Shown: positions 24,501-38,600 of the stretch, one piece after another
How the letters are laid out: each line of letters starts with the position of its first letter
How positions within the stretch are numbered: the stretch's first letter is position 1
Assembly: GCF_036321535.1 (NCBI RefSeq)
Contig: NC_087436.1
Coordinates: 3,348,001 to 3,412,000, forward strand
Length of the DNA stretch: 64,000 nt
DNA from: Camelus dromedarius
Taxonomy: Eukaryota
Direction: 5' to 3'
The notes under the pieces: generated by a model
The model's input: only the letters and a program-made list of their open reading frames with translations
Told to the model about the DNA's origin: nothing
Database searches by the model: none
Position numbers and translations under genes: made by a program

Positions 24501-27500
24501 AAACTTTTACTCTGGTTTCACAGTCTGTTTCCCAGTTCCGGTTTGAAGTTAATGCAATTTTCACTGTAAATCCGAGTTGGAGCTAGTACCTCCCCGTATA
24601 TATGTATGGACTGGAGTTTGCAAGTGAAAATAAACTTTGTGTTCCCAACAAGATAGGTGAAGGACGGCTTTTACACACACTTATCTATCAGAACTGAGCA
24701 TGTGGAGAGTTGTTCGTTCATCTAGCACAAAGGGAACGGGTTGCAGGAGAAACATTTACTCTGGTTTCTCAGTCTGTTTCCTAGTGCCGGTTTGAAGTTT
24801 CTGCAGTTTTCACTGTAAAACCGAGTTGGAGCTAGTACCTCCCCATTTATATGTATGGAGTGTGGTTTGCAACTGAAAAGAAACTTTGTGTTCCCAACAA
24901 GCTAGGTGAAGGACGGCTTTCATACTCACTTATATCTCAGAACTGAGCATGCGTAGAGACGTTCATTCATTTAGCACAAAGGGACAGGTTTTCAAAGGAA
25001 ACATTTACTCTGGTTCCTTAGTCTGTTTCCTACTTCTGGTTTGATTTTCCTGCAGTTTTCACTGTAAAATCGAGTTGGTGCTAGTACCTCCCCATATATA
25101 TGTATGGAGTGGAGTTTGCAAATCAAAAGATACATTGTGTTCCCAACAAGCTAGGAGAAGGACGGCTTACACACACACTTATCGCTCAGAACTGAGCTTG
25201 TGGAGAGACGTTCGTTCATCTAGCACAAAGGGAACGGGTTGCAGGAGAAACTTTTACTCTGGTTTCTCAGTCTGTTTCCAAGTTCCGGTTTGAAGTTCTT
25301 GCAGTTTTCACTGTAAAACCGAGTTGGGGCTTGTACCTCCCCATATATATGTATGGAGTGGAGTTTGCAACTGAAAAGAAACTTTGTGTTCCAAACAAGT
25401 TAGGTGAAGGACGGCTTTCACACACACTTATCGCTCAGAACTGAGCTTGTGGAGAGACGTTCGTTCATCCAGCACAAAGGGAACGGGTTGCAGGAGAAAC
25501 TTTTACTCTGGTTTCTCAGTCTGTTTCCTAGTTCCGGTTTGAAGTTCCTGCAGTTTTCACTGTAAAACCGAGTTGGAGCTAGTACCTCCCCATATATATG
25601 TATGGAGTGGAGTTTGCAACTGGAAAGAAACTTTGTGTTCCCAACAAGCTAGGTGAAGTACGGCTTTCACACACACTTATCTCTCAGAACTGAGCATGTG
25701 GAGAGGCGTTTGTACATCTAGCACAAAGGGAACGGGTTGCAGGAGAAACTTTTAGTCTGGTTTCTCAGTCTGTTTCCTAGTGCCGGTTTGAAGTTCCTGC
25801 AGTTTTCACAGTAAAACCGAGTTGGAGCTAGTACCTCCCCATATATATGTATGGATTGGGGTTTCCAAGTGAAAATAAACTTTGTGTTTCCAACAAGCTA
25901 GGTGAAGGACGGCTTTCACACGCACTTATCTCTCAGAACTGAGCATGTGGAGAGACGTTCGTTCATCTAGCACAAAGGGAACGGTTTGCAGGAGAAATAT
26001 TTACTCTGGTTTCTCAGTCTGTTTCCTAGAGCCGGTTTGAAGTTCCTGCAGTTTTCACTGTAAAACCATGTTGGAGCTAGTACCTCCCCATATATATGTA
26101 TGGAGTGGAGTTTGCAACTGAAAAGAAACTTTGTGTTCCCAACAAGCTAGTGGAAGGACGGCTTTCACACACACTTATCTCTCAGAACTGAGCATGTGGA
26201 GAGACGTTCGTTCATCTAGCACAAATGGAACGGGTTTTAGGAGAAACTATTAGTCTGGTTTATCAGTCTGTTTCTTGTGCCGGTTTGAAGTTCCTGCAGT
26301 TTTCACTGTAAAACCGTGTTGGAGCTAGTACCTCCCCATATATATGTACAGAGTGGAGTTTGCAACTGAAAAGAAACTTTGTGTTCCCAACAAGGTAGTT
26401 GAAGGCGGGTTTCACACACACTTATCTCTCAGAACTGAGCATGTGGAGAGACGTTCGTTCATCTAGCACAAAGGGAATGGGTTGCAGGAGAAAGTTTTAC
26501 TCTGGTTTCTCAGTCTGTTTCCTAGTTCCGGTTTGAAGTTCCTGCAGTTTTCACTGTAAAACCAAGTTGGAGCTAGTACCTCCCCATATATATGTATGGA
26601 GTGGAGTTTGCAAGTGAAAAGAAACTTTGTGTTCCCAACAAGCTAGGTGAAGGACGGCTTTCACACACAGTTATCTCTCAGGACTGAGCATGTGGAGAGA
26701 CGTTCGTTCATCTAGCACAAAGGGAACCGGTTGCAGGAGAAAAATTTACTCTGGTTTCTCAGTATGTTTCCTAGTGCCGGTTTGAAGTTCCTGCACTTTT
26801 CACTGTAAAACCGAGTTGGAGCTAGTACGTCCCCATATATATGTATGGAGTGGAGTTTGCAACTGAAAAGAAACTTTGTGTTCCCAACAAGCTAGGTGAA
26901 GGACGGCTTTCACACACACTTATCTCTCAGAACTGAGCATGTGGAGAGACGTTCGTTCATCTAGCATAAATGAAAGGGATGCTGGAGAAACTTTTACTCT
27001 GGTTTCTCAGTCTGTTTCCTAGTGCCGGTTTGAATTTCCTGCAGTTTTCACTGTAAAACTGAGTTGGAGCTAGTACCTCCCCATATATATATAAGGAGTG
27101 GAGGTTGCAAGTGAAAAGAAACTTTGTGTTCCCAAGAAGCCAGTTGAAGGACGGCTTTCACACACACTTATCTCTCAGAACTGAGCATGTGGAGAGACGT
27201 TCGTTCATCTAGCACAAAGGGAATGGGTTGCAGGAGAAACTTTTACTCTGGTTTCACAGTCTGTTTCCCAGTTTCGGTTTGAAGTTAATGCAATTTTCAC
27301 TGTAAAACCGAGTTGGAGCTAGTACCTCCCCGTATATATGTATGGACTGGAGTTGGCAAGTGAAAATAAACTTTGTGTTCCCAACAAGCTAGGTGAAGGA
27401 CGGCTTTCACACACACTTATCTATCAGAACTGAGCATGTGGAGAGACGTTCGTTCATCTAGCACAAAGGGAACGGGTTGCAGGAGAAACATTTACTCTGG

Positions 27501-28400
27501 TTTCTCAGTCTGTTTCCTAGTGCCGGTTTGAAGTTTCTGCAGTTTTCACTGTAAAACCGAGTTAGAGCTAGTACCTCCCCATATATATGTATGGAGTGTG
27601 GTTTGCAACTGAAAAGAAACTTTGTGTTCCCAACAAGCTAGGTGAAGGACGGCTTTCATACTCACTTATATCTCAGAACTGAGCATGCGTAGAGACGTTC
27701 ATTCATTTAGCACAAAGGGAAAGGTTTGCAAAGGAAACATTTACTCTGGTTCCTTAGTCTGTTTCCTACTTCAGGTTGGATGTTCCTGCAGTTTTCACTG
27801 TAAAATCGAGTTGGTGCTAGTACCTCCCCATATATATGTATGGAGTGGAGTTTGCAAATCAAAAGATACATTGTGTTCCCAACAAGCTAGGAGAAGGACG
27901 GCTTACACACACACTTATCTCTCAGAACTGAGCTTGTGGAGAGACGTTCGTTCATCTAGCACTTAGGGAACGGGTTGCAGGAGAAACTTTTACTCTGGTT
28001 TCTCAGTCTGTTTCCAAGTTCCGGTTTGAAGTTCCTGCAGTTTTCACTGTAAAACCGAGTTGGAGCTTGTACCTCCCCATATATATGTATGGAGTGGAGT
28101 TTGCAACTGAAAAGAAACTTTGTGTTCCAAACAAGTTAGGTGAAGGACGGCTTTCACACACACTTATCGCTCAGAACTGAGCTTGTGGAGAGACGTTCGT
28201 TCATCCAGCACAAAGGGAACGGGTTGCAGGAGAAACTTTTACTCTGGTTTCTCAGTCTGTTTCCTAGTTCCGGTTTGAAGTTCCTGCAGTTTTCACTGTA
28301 AAACCGAGTTGGATCTAGTACCTCCGCATATATATGTACGGAGTGGAGTTTGCAACTGAAAAGAAACTTTGTGTTCCCAACAAGCTAGGTGAAGGACGGC
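21540..28400 (+). repeat. Middle sub-domain with private monomer variants
   Basis: GCATGCGTAGAGAC, GGTTCCTTAG, GTTGGTGCTAG, CAAATCAAAAG, CTTATCGCTCAG, CTCAGGACTGAG and GGGTTTTAGG were seen only in this interval. Confidence 0.8.
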
Positions 28401-31119
28401 TTTCACACACACTTATCTCTCAGAAATGAGCATGTGGAGAGACGTTCGTTCATCTAGCATAAATTGAAAGGGTTGCTGGAGAAACTTTTGCTCTGGTTTC
28501 TCAGTCTGTTTCCTAGTGCCGGTTTGAAGTTCCTGCAGTTTTCACTGTAAAACGGAGTTGGAGCTAGTTCCTCCCCATATATATGTATGGAGTGGAGTTT
28601 GCAACTGAAAAGAAACTTTGTGTTCCCAACAAGCTATGTGAACGACGGTTTTCACAAACACTTATCTCTCAGTACTGAGCATGTGGAGAGACATTCGTTC
28701 ATCTAGCACAAAGGGAACGGGTTGCAGGAGAAACTTTAACTCTGGTTTCTCAGTCTTTTTCCTAGTGCCGATTTGAAGTTCCAACAGTTTTCACTGTAAA
28801 ACCGAGTTCGAGTTAGAACCTCCCCATATATATGTATGGAGTGGAGTTTGCAACTGAAAAGAAACTTTGTGTTCCCAACAAGATAGGTGAAGGACGGCAT
28901 TCACACACACTTATCTCTCAGAATTGAGCATATGGAGAGACGTTCTTTCATCTAGCACAAATGGAACGGGTTGCAGGGGAAAATTTTTCTCTGGTGTCTC
29001 TGTCTGTTTCATAGTGCCGGTTTGAAGTTCCTGCAGTTTTCACAGTTAAACCGAGTTGGAGCTAGTACTTCCCCATATATATGTATGGAGTGGAGTTTGC
29101 AACTGAAAAGAAACTTTGTGTTCCCAACAACTAGGTGAAAGACGGCTTTCATACTCACTTATATCTCAGAACGGAGCATGTGTAGAGACGTTCGTACATC
29201 TAGCACAAATGGAACGGTTTGCAGGGGAAACTTTTACTCTGGTTTCTCAGTCTGTTTCCTACTGCCGGTTTGTTGTTCCTGCAGTTTTCACTGTAAAACC
29301 GAGTTGGAGCTACAACATCCCCATATATATGTATGGAGTGGAGTTTGAAACTGAAAAGAAATTTTGTGTTCCCAACAAGCTAGGTGAAGGACGGCTTTCA
29401 CACACACTTATCTCTCACAACTAAGCATGTGGAGAGACTTTCGTTCATCTAGCACAAAGGGAAAGGGTTGTCGGAGAAACTTTTACTCTGGTTTCTCAAT
29501 CTGTTTCCTAGTGCCGGTTTGAAGTTCCTGCAGTTATCACTGTAAAACCGAGATGGAGCTAGTACCTCACCATATGTGTATGGAGTGGAGTTTGCAACTG
29601 AAAAGAAACTTTGTGTTCCCAACAAGCTAGGTGAAATATGGCTTTCACACACACTTATCTCTCTGAAATTAGCATGTGGAGAGACGTTCGTTCATCTAGC
29701 CCAAAGGGAACGATTTGAAGGGGAAACTTTTACTCTGGATTCAGAGTCTGTTTCCTAGTTCCGGTTTGAAGTTCCTGCAGTTTTCACTGTAAAACCGAGT
29801 TGGAGCTAGTAAATCCCCATATATATGTATGGAATGGAGTTTGCAACTGAAAAGAATCTTTGTGTACCCAACAAGACTGTTAAAGGACGGCTTTCACACA
29901 CACTTATCTCTCAGAACCGAGCATGTGGAGAGACGTTCGTTCATCTAGCACAAAGGGAATGGGTTGCAGGAGAAACTTTTACTCTGGTTTCTCAGTCTGT
30001 TTCCTAGTGACGATTTGAAGTTCCTGCAGTTTTCACTGTAAAACCGAGTTGGAGCTAGAACCTCTCCATATATATGTATGGAGTGGAGTTTGAAACTGAA
30101 AAGAAACTTTGTTTTCCCAACAAGCTAGGTGAAATATGGCTTTCACACACACTTATCTCTCAGAACTGAGCATGTGGAGAGACGTACGTTCATCTAGCAC
30201 AAAGGGAACGGTTTGAAGGGGAAACTTTTACTCTGGTTTCACAGTCTGTTTCCTAGTGCCGGTTTGAAGTTCCTGCATTTTTCACTGTAAAACCGAGTTG
30301 GAGCTAGTAACTCCCCATATATATATATGGAGTGGGGTTTGAAACTGAAAAGAAACTTTGTGTTCCCAATAATCTAGGTGAAGGCGGCTTCCACACACAC
30401 TTATCACTCAGAACTGAGGATGTGGAGAGACGTTCTTTCATCTAGCACAAAGGGAACGGGTTGCAGGAGAAACTTTTACTTTGGTTTCTTACACTGTTTC
30501 CTAGTGCCGGTTTGAAGTTCCTGCAGTTTTCTCAGTAAAACCGAGTTGGAGCTACTACCTCCCCATATAAACGTATGTAGTGGAGTTTGCAACTGGAAAA
30601 AAACTTTGTGTTCCCAACAAGCTAGATGAAGGACGACTTTCACACACAATTATATCTCAGAAGTGAGCATCTAGAGGGACGTTCTTTCATCTAGCACAAA
30701 GGGAACGGGTTGCCGGGGAAAATTTTACTCTGGTTTCTCAGTCTTTTTCCTAGTGAAGGTTTGAATTTCCTGCAGATTTCACTGTAAAACCGTGTTGGAA
30801 ATAGTAATTCCCCATACATATGTATGGAGTGGAGTTTGCAACTGAAAAGAAACTTTGAATTCCCAAGGAGCTAGGTGAAGGACGGCATTCACACACAATT
30901 ATCTCTCAGAAGTGAGCATGTGGAGAGATGTTCGTTCATCTAGCACAAAGGGAACGGGTTGCAGGAGAAACTTTTACTCTGGTTTCTCAGTCTGTTTCCT
31001 AGTGCCGGTTTGAAGTTCCTGCAGTTTTCACTGTAAAATCGAGTTGGAGCTAGTTCCTCCCCATATATATGTATGGAGTGGAGTTTGCAAGTGAAAAGAA
31101 ACTTTGTGTTCCCAACAAG

Positions 31120-34100
31120 CTAGGTGAAGGACGGCTTTCACACACACTTATCTCTCAGAACTGAGCATGTGGAGAGACGTTCGTTCATCTAGCAAAAAGG
31201 GTATGGGTTGCTGGAGAAACTTTTTCTCTGGTTTCTGAATCTGTTTCCTAGTGCCGGTTTGAAGTTCCTGCAGTTATCACTGTAAAACCGAGATGGAGCT
31301 ATTACCTCCCCATATATATGTATGGATTGGAGTTTGCAACTGAAAAGAAACTTTGTATTCCCAACAACCTAGGTGAAAGATGGCTTTCACACACATTTAT
31401 CTCTCAGAAATGAGCATGTGGAGAGACGTTCGTTCATCTAGCACAAAGGGAACGGGTTGCAGTGGAAACTTTTTCTGTGGTTTCACAGTCTGTTTCCTAG
31501 TGCCGGTTTGAAGTTCCTGCAGTTTTCACTGTAAATCCGAGTTGGAGCTAGTACCTCCCCATATAAATGTATGGAGTGGGTATTGAAACTGAAAAGAAAC
31601 TTTGTGTTCCCAACAATCTAGGTGAAGGACGGCTTTCACACACACTTATCTCTCAGAACTGAGCATGTAGAGAGACGTTCGTTCATCTAGCACAAAGGGA
31701 ACGAATGCAGGAGAAACTTATACTCTGGTTTCTCAATCTGTTTCCTAGTGCCGGTTTGAAGTTCCTGCAGTTTTCACTGTAAAACCGAGTTGGAGCTAGT
31801 ACCTCCCCATATATATGTATGGAGTGCAGTTTGCAACTGAAAAGAAACTTTGTGTTCCCAACAACTAGGTGAAAGACGGCTTTCATACTCACTTATATCT
31901 CAGAACTGAGCATGTGGAGAGACGTTCGTTCATCTAGCACAAATGGAACGGTTTGCAGGGGAAACTTTTACTCTGGTTTCTCAGTCTGTTTCCCACTGCC
32001 GGTTTGTTGTTCCTGCAGTTTCACTGTAAAACCGAGTTGGAGCTAGTAAATCCCCATATATATGTATGGAATGGAGTTTGCAACTGAAAACAATCTTTGT
32101 GTTCCTAACAAGATTGGTGAAGAACGGCTTTCACACACACTTATCTCTCAGATCCGAGCATGTGGAGAGACGTTCGTTCATCTAGCACAAAGGGAATGGG
32201 TTGCAGGAGAAACTTTTACTCTTGTTTCTCAGTCTGTTTCCTAGTGACGATTTGAAGTTCCTGCAGTTTTCACTGTAGAACCGATTTGGAGCTAGAACCT
32301 CCCCATATATATGTATGGAGTGGAGTTTGAAACTGAAAAGAAACTTTGTGTTCCCAACAAGCTAGGTGAAGGACGGCTTTCACACACACTTATCTCTCAG
32401 AACTGAGCATGTGGAGAGACGTTCGTTCATCTAGCACAAAGGGAAAGTGTTGTCGGAGAAACTTTTACTCTGGTTTCTCAATCTGTTTCCTAGTGCCGGT
32501 TTGAAGTTCCTGCAGTTATCACTGTAATACCGAGATGGAGCTAGTACCTCACCATATATGTATGGAGTGGAGTTTGCAACTGAAAAGAAACTTTGTGTTC
32601 CCAACTAGCTAGGTGAACTATGGCTTTCACACACACTTATCTCTCAGAAATTAGCATGTGGAGAGACGTTCGTTCATCTAGCCCAAAGGGAACGATTTGA
32701 AGGGGAAACTTTTACTCTGGTTTCACAGTCTGTTTCCTAGTTCCGGTTTGAAGTTCCTGCAGTTTTCACTGTAAAACCGAGTTGGAGCTAGTACCTCCCC
32801 ATATATATGTATGGAGTGGAGTTTGCAACTGAAAAGAAACTTTGTGTTCCCAACAAGCTAGTTGAAGAACGACTTTCACACACACATTTCTCTCAGAACA
32901 GAGCATGTGGAGAGACGTTCGTTCATCTAGCACAAAGGGAACGGGTTGCTTTAGAAACTTTTACTCTGGTTTCTCAGTCTGTTTCCTAGTGCCGGTTTGA
33001 AGTTCCTGCAGTTTTCACAGCAATACCGAGTTGGAGCTTGTACCTCCCCATATATATGTATGGAGTGGGGTTTGCAACTGAAAAGAATCTTTGTTTTCCC
33101 AACAAGCTATGTGAAGGACGGCTTTCTCACACACTTATCTCTCAGAACTGAGCATGTGGAGAGACTTTCGTTCATCTAGCACAAAGGGAACGGGTTGCAG
33201 GAGAAACGTTTACTCTGGTTTCTCAGTCTGTTTCCTAGTGCCGGGTTGAAGTTCCTGCAGTTTTCACTGTAACACCGAGTTGGAGCTAGTACCCCCCCAT
33301 ATAAATGTATGGGGTGGAGTTGGCAACTGAAAAGAAACTTTGTGTTCCCAACAAACTAGGTGAAGGACGGCTTTCACACACACTTATCTCTCAGAACTGA
33401 GCATGTGGAGAGACGTTCGTTCATCTAGCACAATGGGTATGGGTTGCTGGAGAAACTTTTTCTCTGGTTTCTCAATCTGTTTCCTAGTGCCGGTTTGAAG
33501 TTCCTGCAGTTATCACTGTAAAACCGAGATGGAGCTATTACCTCCCCATATATATGTATGGATTGGAGTTTGCAACTGAAAAGAAACTTTGTGTTCCCAA
33601 CAACCTAGGTGAAAGATGGCTTTCACACACATTTATCTCTCAGAAATGAGCATGTGGAGAGACGTTCGTTCATCTAGCACAAAGGGAACGGGTTGCAGGG
33701 GAAACTTTTACTGTGGTTTCACAGTCTGTTTCCTAGTGCCGGTTTGAAGTTCCTGCAGTTTTCACTGTAAATCCGAGTTGGAGCTAGTACCTCCCCATAT
33801 AAATGTATGGAGTGGGGATTGAAACTGAAAAGAAACTTTGTGTTCCCAACAATCTAGGTGAAGGACGGCTTTCACACACACTTATCTCTCAGAACTGAGC
33901 ATGTAGAGAGACGTTCGTTCATCTAGCACAAAGGGAACGGATGCAGGAGAAACTTATACTCTGGTTTCTCAATCTGTTTCCTAGTGCCGGATTGAAGTTC
34001 CTGCAGTTTTCACTGTAAAACCGAGTTGGAGCTAGTACCTCCCCATATATATGTATGGAGTGCAGTTTGCAACTGAAAAGAAACTTTGTGTTCCCAACAA

Positions 34101-35575
34101 CTAGGTGAAAGACGGCTTTCATACTCACTTATATCTCAGAACGGAGCATGTGTAGAGACGTTCGTACATCTAGCACAAATGGAACGGTTTGCAGGGGAAA
34201 CTTTTACTCTGGTTTCTCAGTCTGTTTCCCACTGCCGGTTTGTTGTTCCTGCAGTTTTCACTGTAAAACCGAGTTGGAGCTAGTAAATCCCCATATATAT
34301 GTATGGAATGGAGTTTGCAACTGAAAAGAAACTTTGTGTTCCTAACAAGATTGGTGAAGAACGGCTTTCACACACACTTATCTCTCAGATCCGAGCATGT
34401 GGAGAGACGTTCGTTCATCTAGCACAAAGGGAATGGGTTGCAGGAGAAACTTTTACTCTTGTTTCTCAGTCTGTTTCCTAGTGACGATTTGAAGTTCCTG
34501 CAGTTTTCACTGTAAAACCGATTTGGAGCTAGAACCTCCCCATATATATGTATGGAGTGGAGTTTGAAACTGAAAAGAAACTTTGTGTTCCCAACAAGCT
34601 AGGTGAAGGACGGCTTTCACACACACTTATCTCTCAGAACTGAGCATGTGGAGAGACGTTCGTTCATCTAGCACAAAGGGAAAGTGTTGTCGGAGAAACT
34701 TTTACTCTGGTTTCTCAATCTGTTTCCTAGTGCCGGTTTGAAGTTCCTGCAGTTATCACTGTAATACCGAGATGGAGCTAGTACCTCACCATATATGTAT
34801 GGAGTGGAATTTGCAACTGAAAAGAAACTTTGTGTTCCCAACTAGCTAGGTGAACTATGGCTTTCACACACACTTATCTCTCTGAAATTAGCATGTGGAG
34901 AGACGTTCGTTCATCTAGCCCAAAGGGAACGATTTGAAGGGGAAACTTTTACTCTGGTTTCACAGTCTGTTTCCTAGTTCCGGTTTCAAGTTCCTGCAGT
35001 TTTCACTGTAAAACCGAGTTGGAGCTAGTACCTCCCCATATATATGTATGGAGTGGAGTTTGCAACTGAAAAGAAACTTTGTGTTCCCAACAAGCTAGTT
35101 GAAGGACGGCTTTCACACACACATTTCTCTCAGAACAGAGCATGTGGAGAGACGTTCGTTCATCTAGCACAAAGGGAACGGGTTGCTTTAGAAACTTTTA
35201 CTCTGGTTTCTCAGTCTGTTTCCTAGTGCCGGTTTGAAGTTCCTGCAGTTTTCACAGCAATACCGAGTTGGAGCTTGTACCTCCCCATATAAATGTATGG
35301 AGTGGGGTTTGCAACTGAAAAGAATCTTTGTTTTCCCAACAAGCTATGTGAAGGACGGCTTTCTCACACACTTATCTCTCAGAACTGAGCATGTGGAGAG
35401 ACTTTCGTTCATCTAGCACAAAGGGAACGGGTTGCAGGAGAAACTTTTACTCTGGTTTCTCAGTCTGTTTCCTAGTGCCGGGTTGAAGTTCCTGCAGTTT
35501 TCACTGTAACACCGAGTTGGAGCTAGTACCCCCCCATATAAATGTATGGGGTGGAGTTGGCAACTGAAAAGAAAG
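31120..35575 (+). repeat. Tandem duplication of a 9-monomer unit (~2237 bp x2)
   Basis: ORF pairs 31683/33919, 32062/34299, 32807/35044 and 32997/35234 (offset 2236-2237). Shared private variants include CTATTACC, TTCCCACTGCC, GTTCCTAAC, AAAGTGTTGTCGG and CCAACTAGCTAGGTGAACTATGG. Confidence 0.92.
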
Positions 35576-35689
35576 TTTGTGTTCCCAACAAGCTAGGTGA
35601 AGGACGGCTTTCACACACATTTATCTCTCAGAAATGAGCATGTGGAGAGACGTTCGTTCATCTAGCAAAAATGGAACGGGTTGTAAGAG

Positions 35690-38600
35690 AAACTTTTACT
35701 CTGGTTTCTCAGTCTGTTTCCTAGTGCCGATTTGAAGTTCCTGCAGTTTTCACTTTAAAACCGTGTTGGAGCTTGTAACTCCCCATATATATGTATGGAG
35801 TGGGGTTTGCAACTGAAAAAAACTTTGTGTTTCCAACAAGCTAGGTGAAGGACGGCGTTCACACACAATTATCTCTCAGAAATCAGCATGTGGAGAGACG
35901 TTCGTTCATCTAGCACAAAGGGAACGGGTTGCAGGAGAAACATTTTCTCTGGTTTCTCAGTCTGTTTCCTAGTGCCGGTTTGAAGTTCCTGCAGTTTTCA
36001 CTGTAAAACAGAGTTGGAGCTAGTACCTCCCCATACATATGTATGGAGTGGATTCTGCAACTGAAAAGAAACTTTGTGTTCCCAACAAGCTAGGTGAAGG
36101 ACGGCTTAAACACACACTTATCACTCAGAACTGAGCATGTGGAGTGACGTTCGTTCATCTAGCACAAAGGGAACGGGTTGCAGGAGAAACATTTTCTCTG
36201 GTTTCTCAGTCTGTTTCCTAGTGCCGGTTTGAAGTTCCTGCAGTTTTCACTGTAAAACAGAGTTGGAGCTAGTACCTCCCCATACATATGTATGGAGTGG
36301 ATTCTGCAACTGAAAAGAAACTTTGTGTTCCCAACAAGCTAGGTGAAGGACGGCTTAAACACACACTTATCACTCAGAACTGAGCATGTGGAGTGACGTT
36401 CGTTCATCTAGCACAAAGGGAACGGGTTGCAGGAGAAACTTTTACTCTGGTTTCTCAGTCTGTTTCCTAGTGCCGATTTGAAGTTCCTGCAGATTTCACA
36501 GTAAATCCGAGTTGGAGCTTGTAACTCCCCATATATATGTATGGAGTGGGGTTTGCAACTGAAAAAAAACTTTGTGTTTCCAACAAGCTAGGTGAAGGAC
36601 GGCGTTCACACACAATTATCTCTCAGAACTGAGCATGTGGAGAGACGTTCGTTCATCTAGCACAAAGGGTACGGGTTGCAGGAGAAATTTTACTCTGGTT
36701 TCTCAGTCTGTTTCCTAGTGCCGGTTTGAAATTCCTGCAGTTTTCACTGTAAAACCGAGTTGGAGTTTGTACCTCACCATACATATGTATGGAGTGGATT
36801 TTGCAACTGAAAAGAAACTTTGTGTTCCCAACAAGATAGGAGAAGGACGGCTTTAACACAAACTTTTCTCTCAGATCTGAGCATGTGGAGAGACGTTCGT
36901 TCATCTAGCACAAAGGGAACGGGTTGCTTTAGAAACTTTTACTCTTGTTACTCAGTGTGTTTCCTAGTGCCGGGGTGAAGTTCCTGCAGTTTTCACAGCA
37001 ATACCGAGTTGGAGCTTGTACCTCCCCATATATATGTATGGATTGGGTTTGCAACTGAAAAGAATCTTTGTGTTCCCAACAAGCTATTTGAAGGACGGCT
37101 TTCACACACACTTATCTCTCAGAAATGAGCATGTGGAGAGACGTTCGTTCATCTATCACAAATGGAATGGGTTGCATGTGAAACTTTTACTCTGGTTTCT
37201 CAGTCTGTTTCCTAGTGCCGGTTTGAAATTCCTGCATTTTTCACTGTAAAACCGAGTTGGAACTAGTACCTCCCCATATATATGTATGGAGTGGAGTTTG
37301 AAACTGAAAAGAAACTATGTGTTCCCAACAAGCTATATGAAGGACGGCTTTCACACACACTTATCTCTCAGAACTGAGCATGTGGAGAGACGTTCGTTCA
37401 TCTAGCAAAAAGGGAACGGGTTGCAGGAGAAACTTTTACTCTGGTTTCTCAGTCTGTTTCCTAGTGTCGGTTTGAAGTTCCTACAGTTTTCACTGTAAAA
37501 CCGAGTTGGAGATAGTACGTCCCCATATATATGTATGGAGTGGAGTTTGCAACTGAAAAGACACTTTGTTTTCCCAACAAGCTAGTTGAAGGACGGCTTT
37601 CACACACACATTTCTCTCAGAACAGAGCATGTGGAGAGACGTTCGTTCATCTAGCACAAAGGGAACGGGTTGCTTTAGAAACTTTTACTCTGGTTTCTCA
37701 GTCTGTTTCCTAGTGCCTGTTTGATGTTCCTGCAGTTTTCACAGCAATACCGATTTGGAGCTTGTACCTCCCCATACATATGTATGGAGTGGGGTTTGCA
37801 ACTGAATAGAATCTTTGTTTTCACAACAAGCTATGTGAAGGACGGCTTTCTCACACACTTATCTCTCAGATCTGAGCATGTGGAGAGACTTTCGTTCATC
37901 TAGCACAAAGGGAAGGGGTTGCAGGAGAAAATTTTACTCTGGTTTCTCAGTCTGTTTCCTAGTGCCGGTTTGAAGTTCCTGCAGTTTTCACTGTAAAATC
38001 GATTTGGAGCTAGTTCCTCCCCATATATATGTATGGAGTGGGGTTTGCAACTGAAAAGAAATTTTGTGTTCCCAATAAGCTAGGTGAAGGACGGCTTTCA
38101 CACACACTTATCTCTCAGAACTGAGCATGTGGAGAGACGTTCGTTCATCTAGCACAAAGGGTATGGGTTGCCGGAGAAACTTTTACTCTGGTTTCTCAGT
38201 CTGTTTCCTAGTGCCGATTTGAAGTTCCTGCAGTTTTCACTGTAAAACCGTGTTGGAGCTTGTAACTCCCCATATATATGTATGGAGTGGAGTTTGCAAC
38301 TGAAAAAAACTTTGTGTTTCCAACAAGCTAGGTGAAGGACGGCGTTCACACACAATTATCTCTCAGAAATCAGCACGTGGAGAGACGTTCGTTCATCTAG
38401 CACAAAGGGAACGGGTTGCAGGAGAAACATTTTCTCTGGTTTCTCAGTCTGTTTCCTAGTGCCGGTTTGAAGTTCCTGCAGTTTTCACTGTAAAACCGAG
38501 TTGGAGCTAGTACCTCCCCATACATATGTATGGAGTGGATTCTGCAACTGAAAAGAAACTTTGTGTTCCCAACAAGCTAGGTGAAGGACGGCTTAAACAC

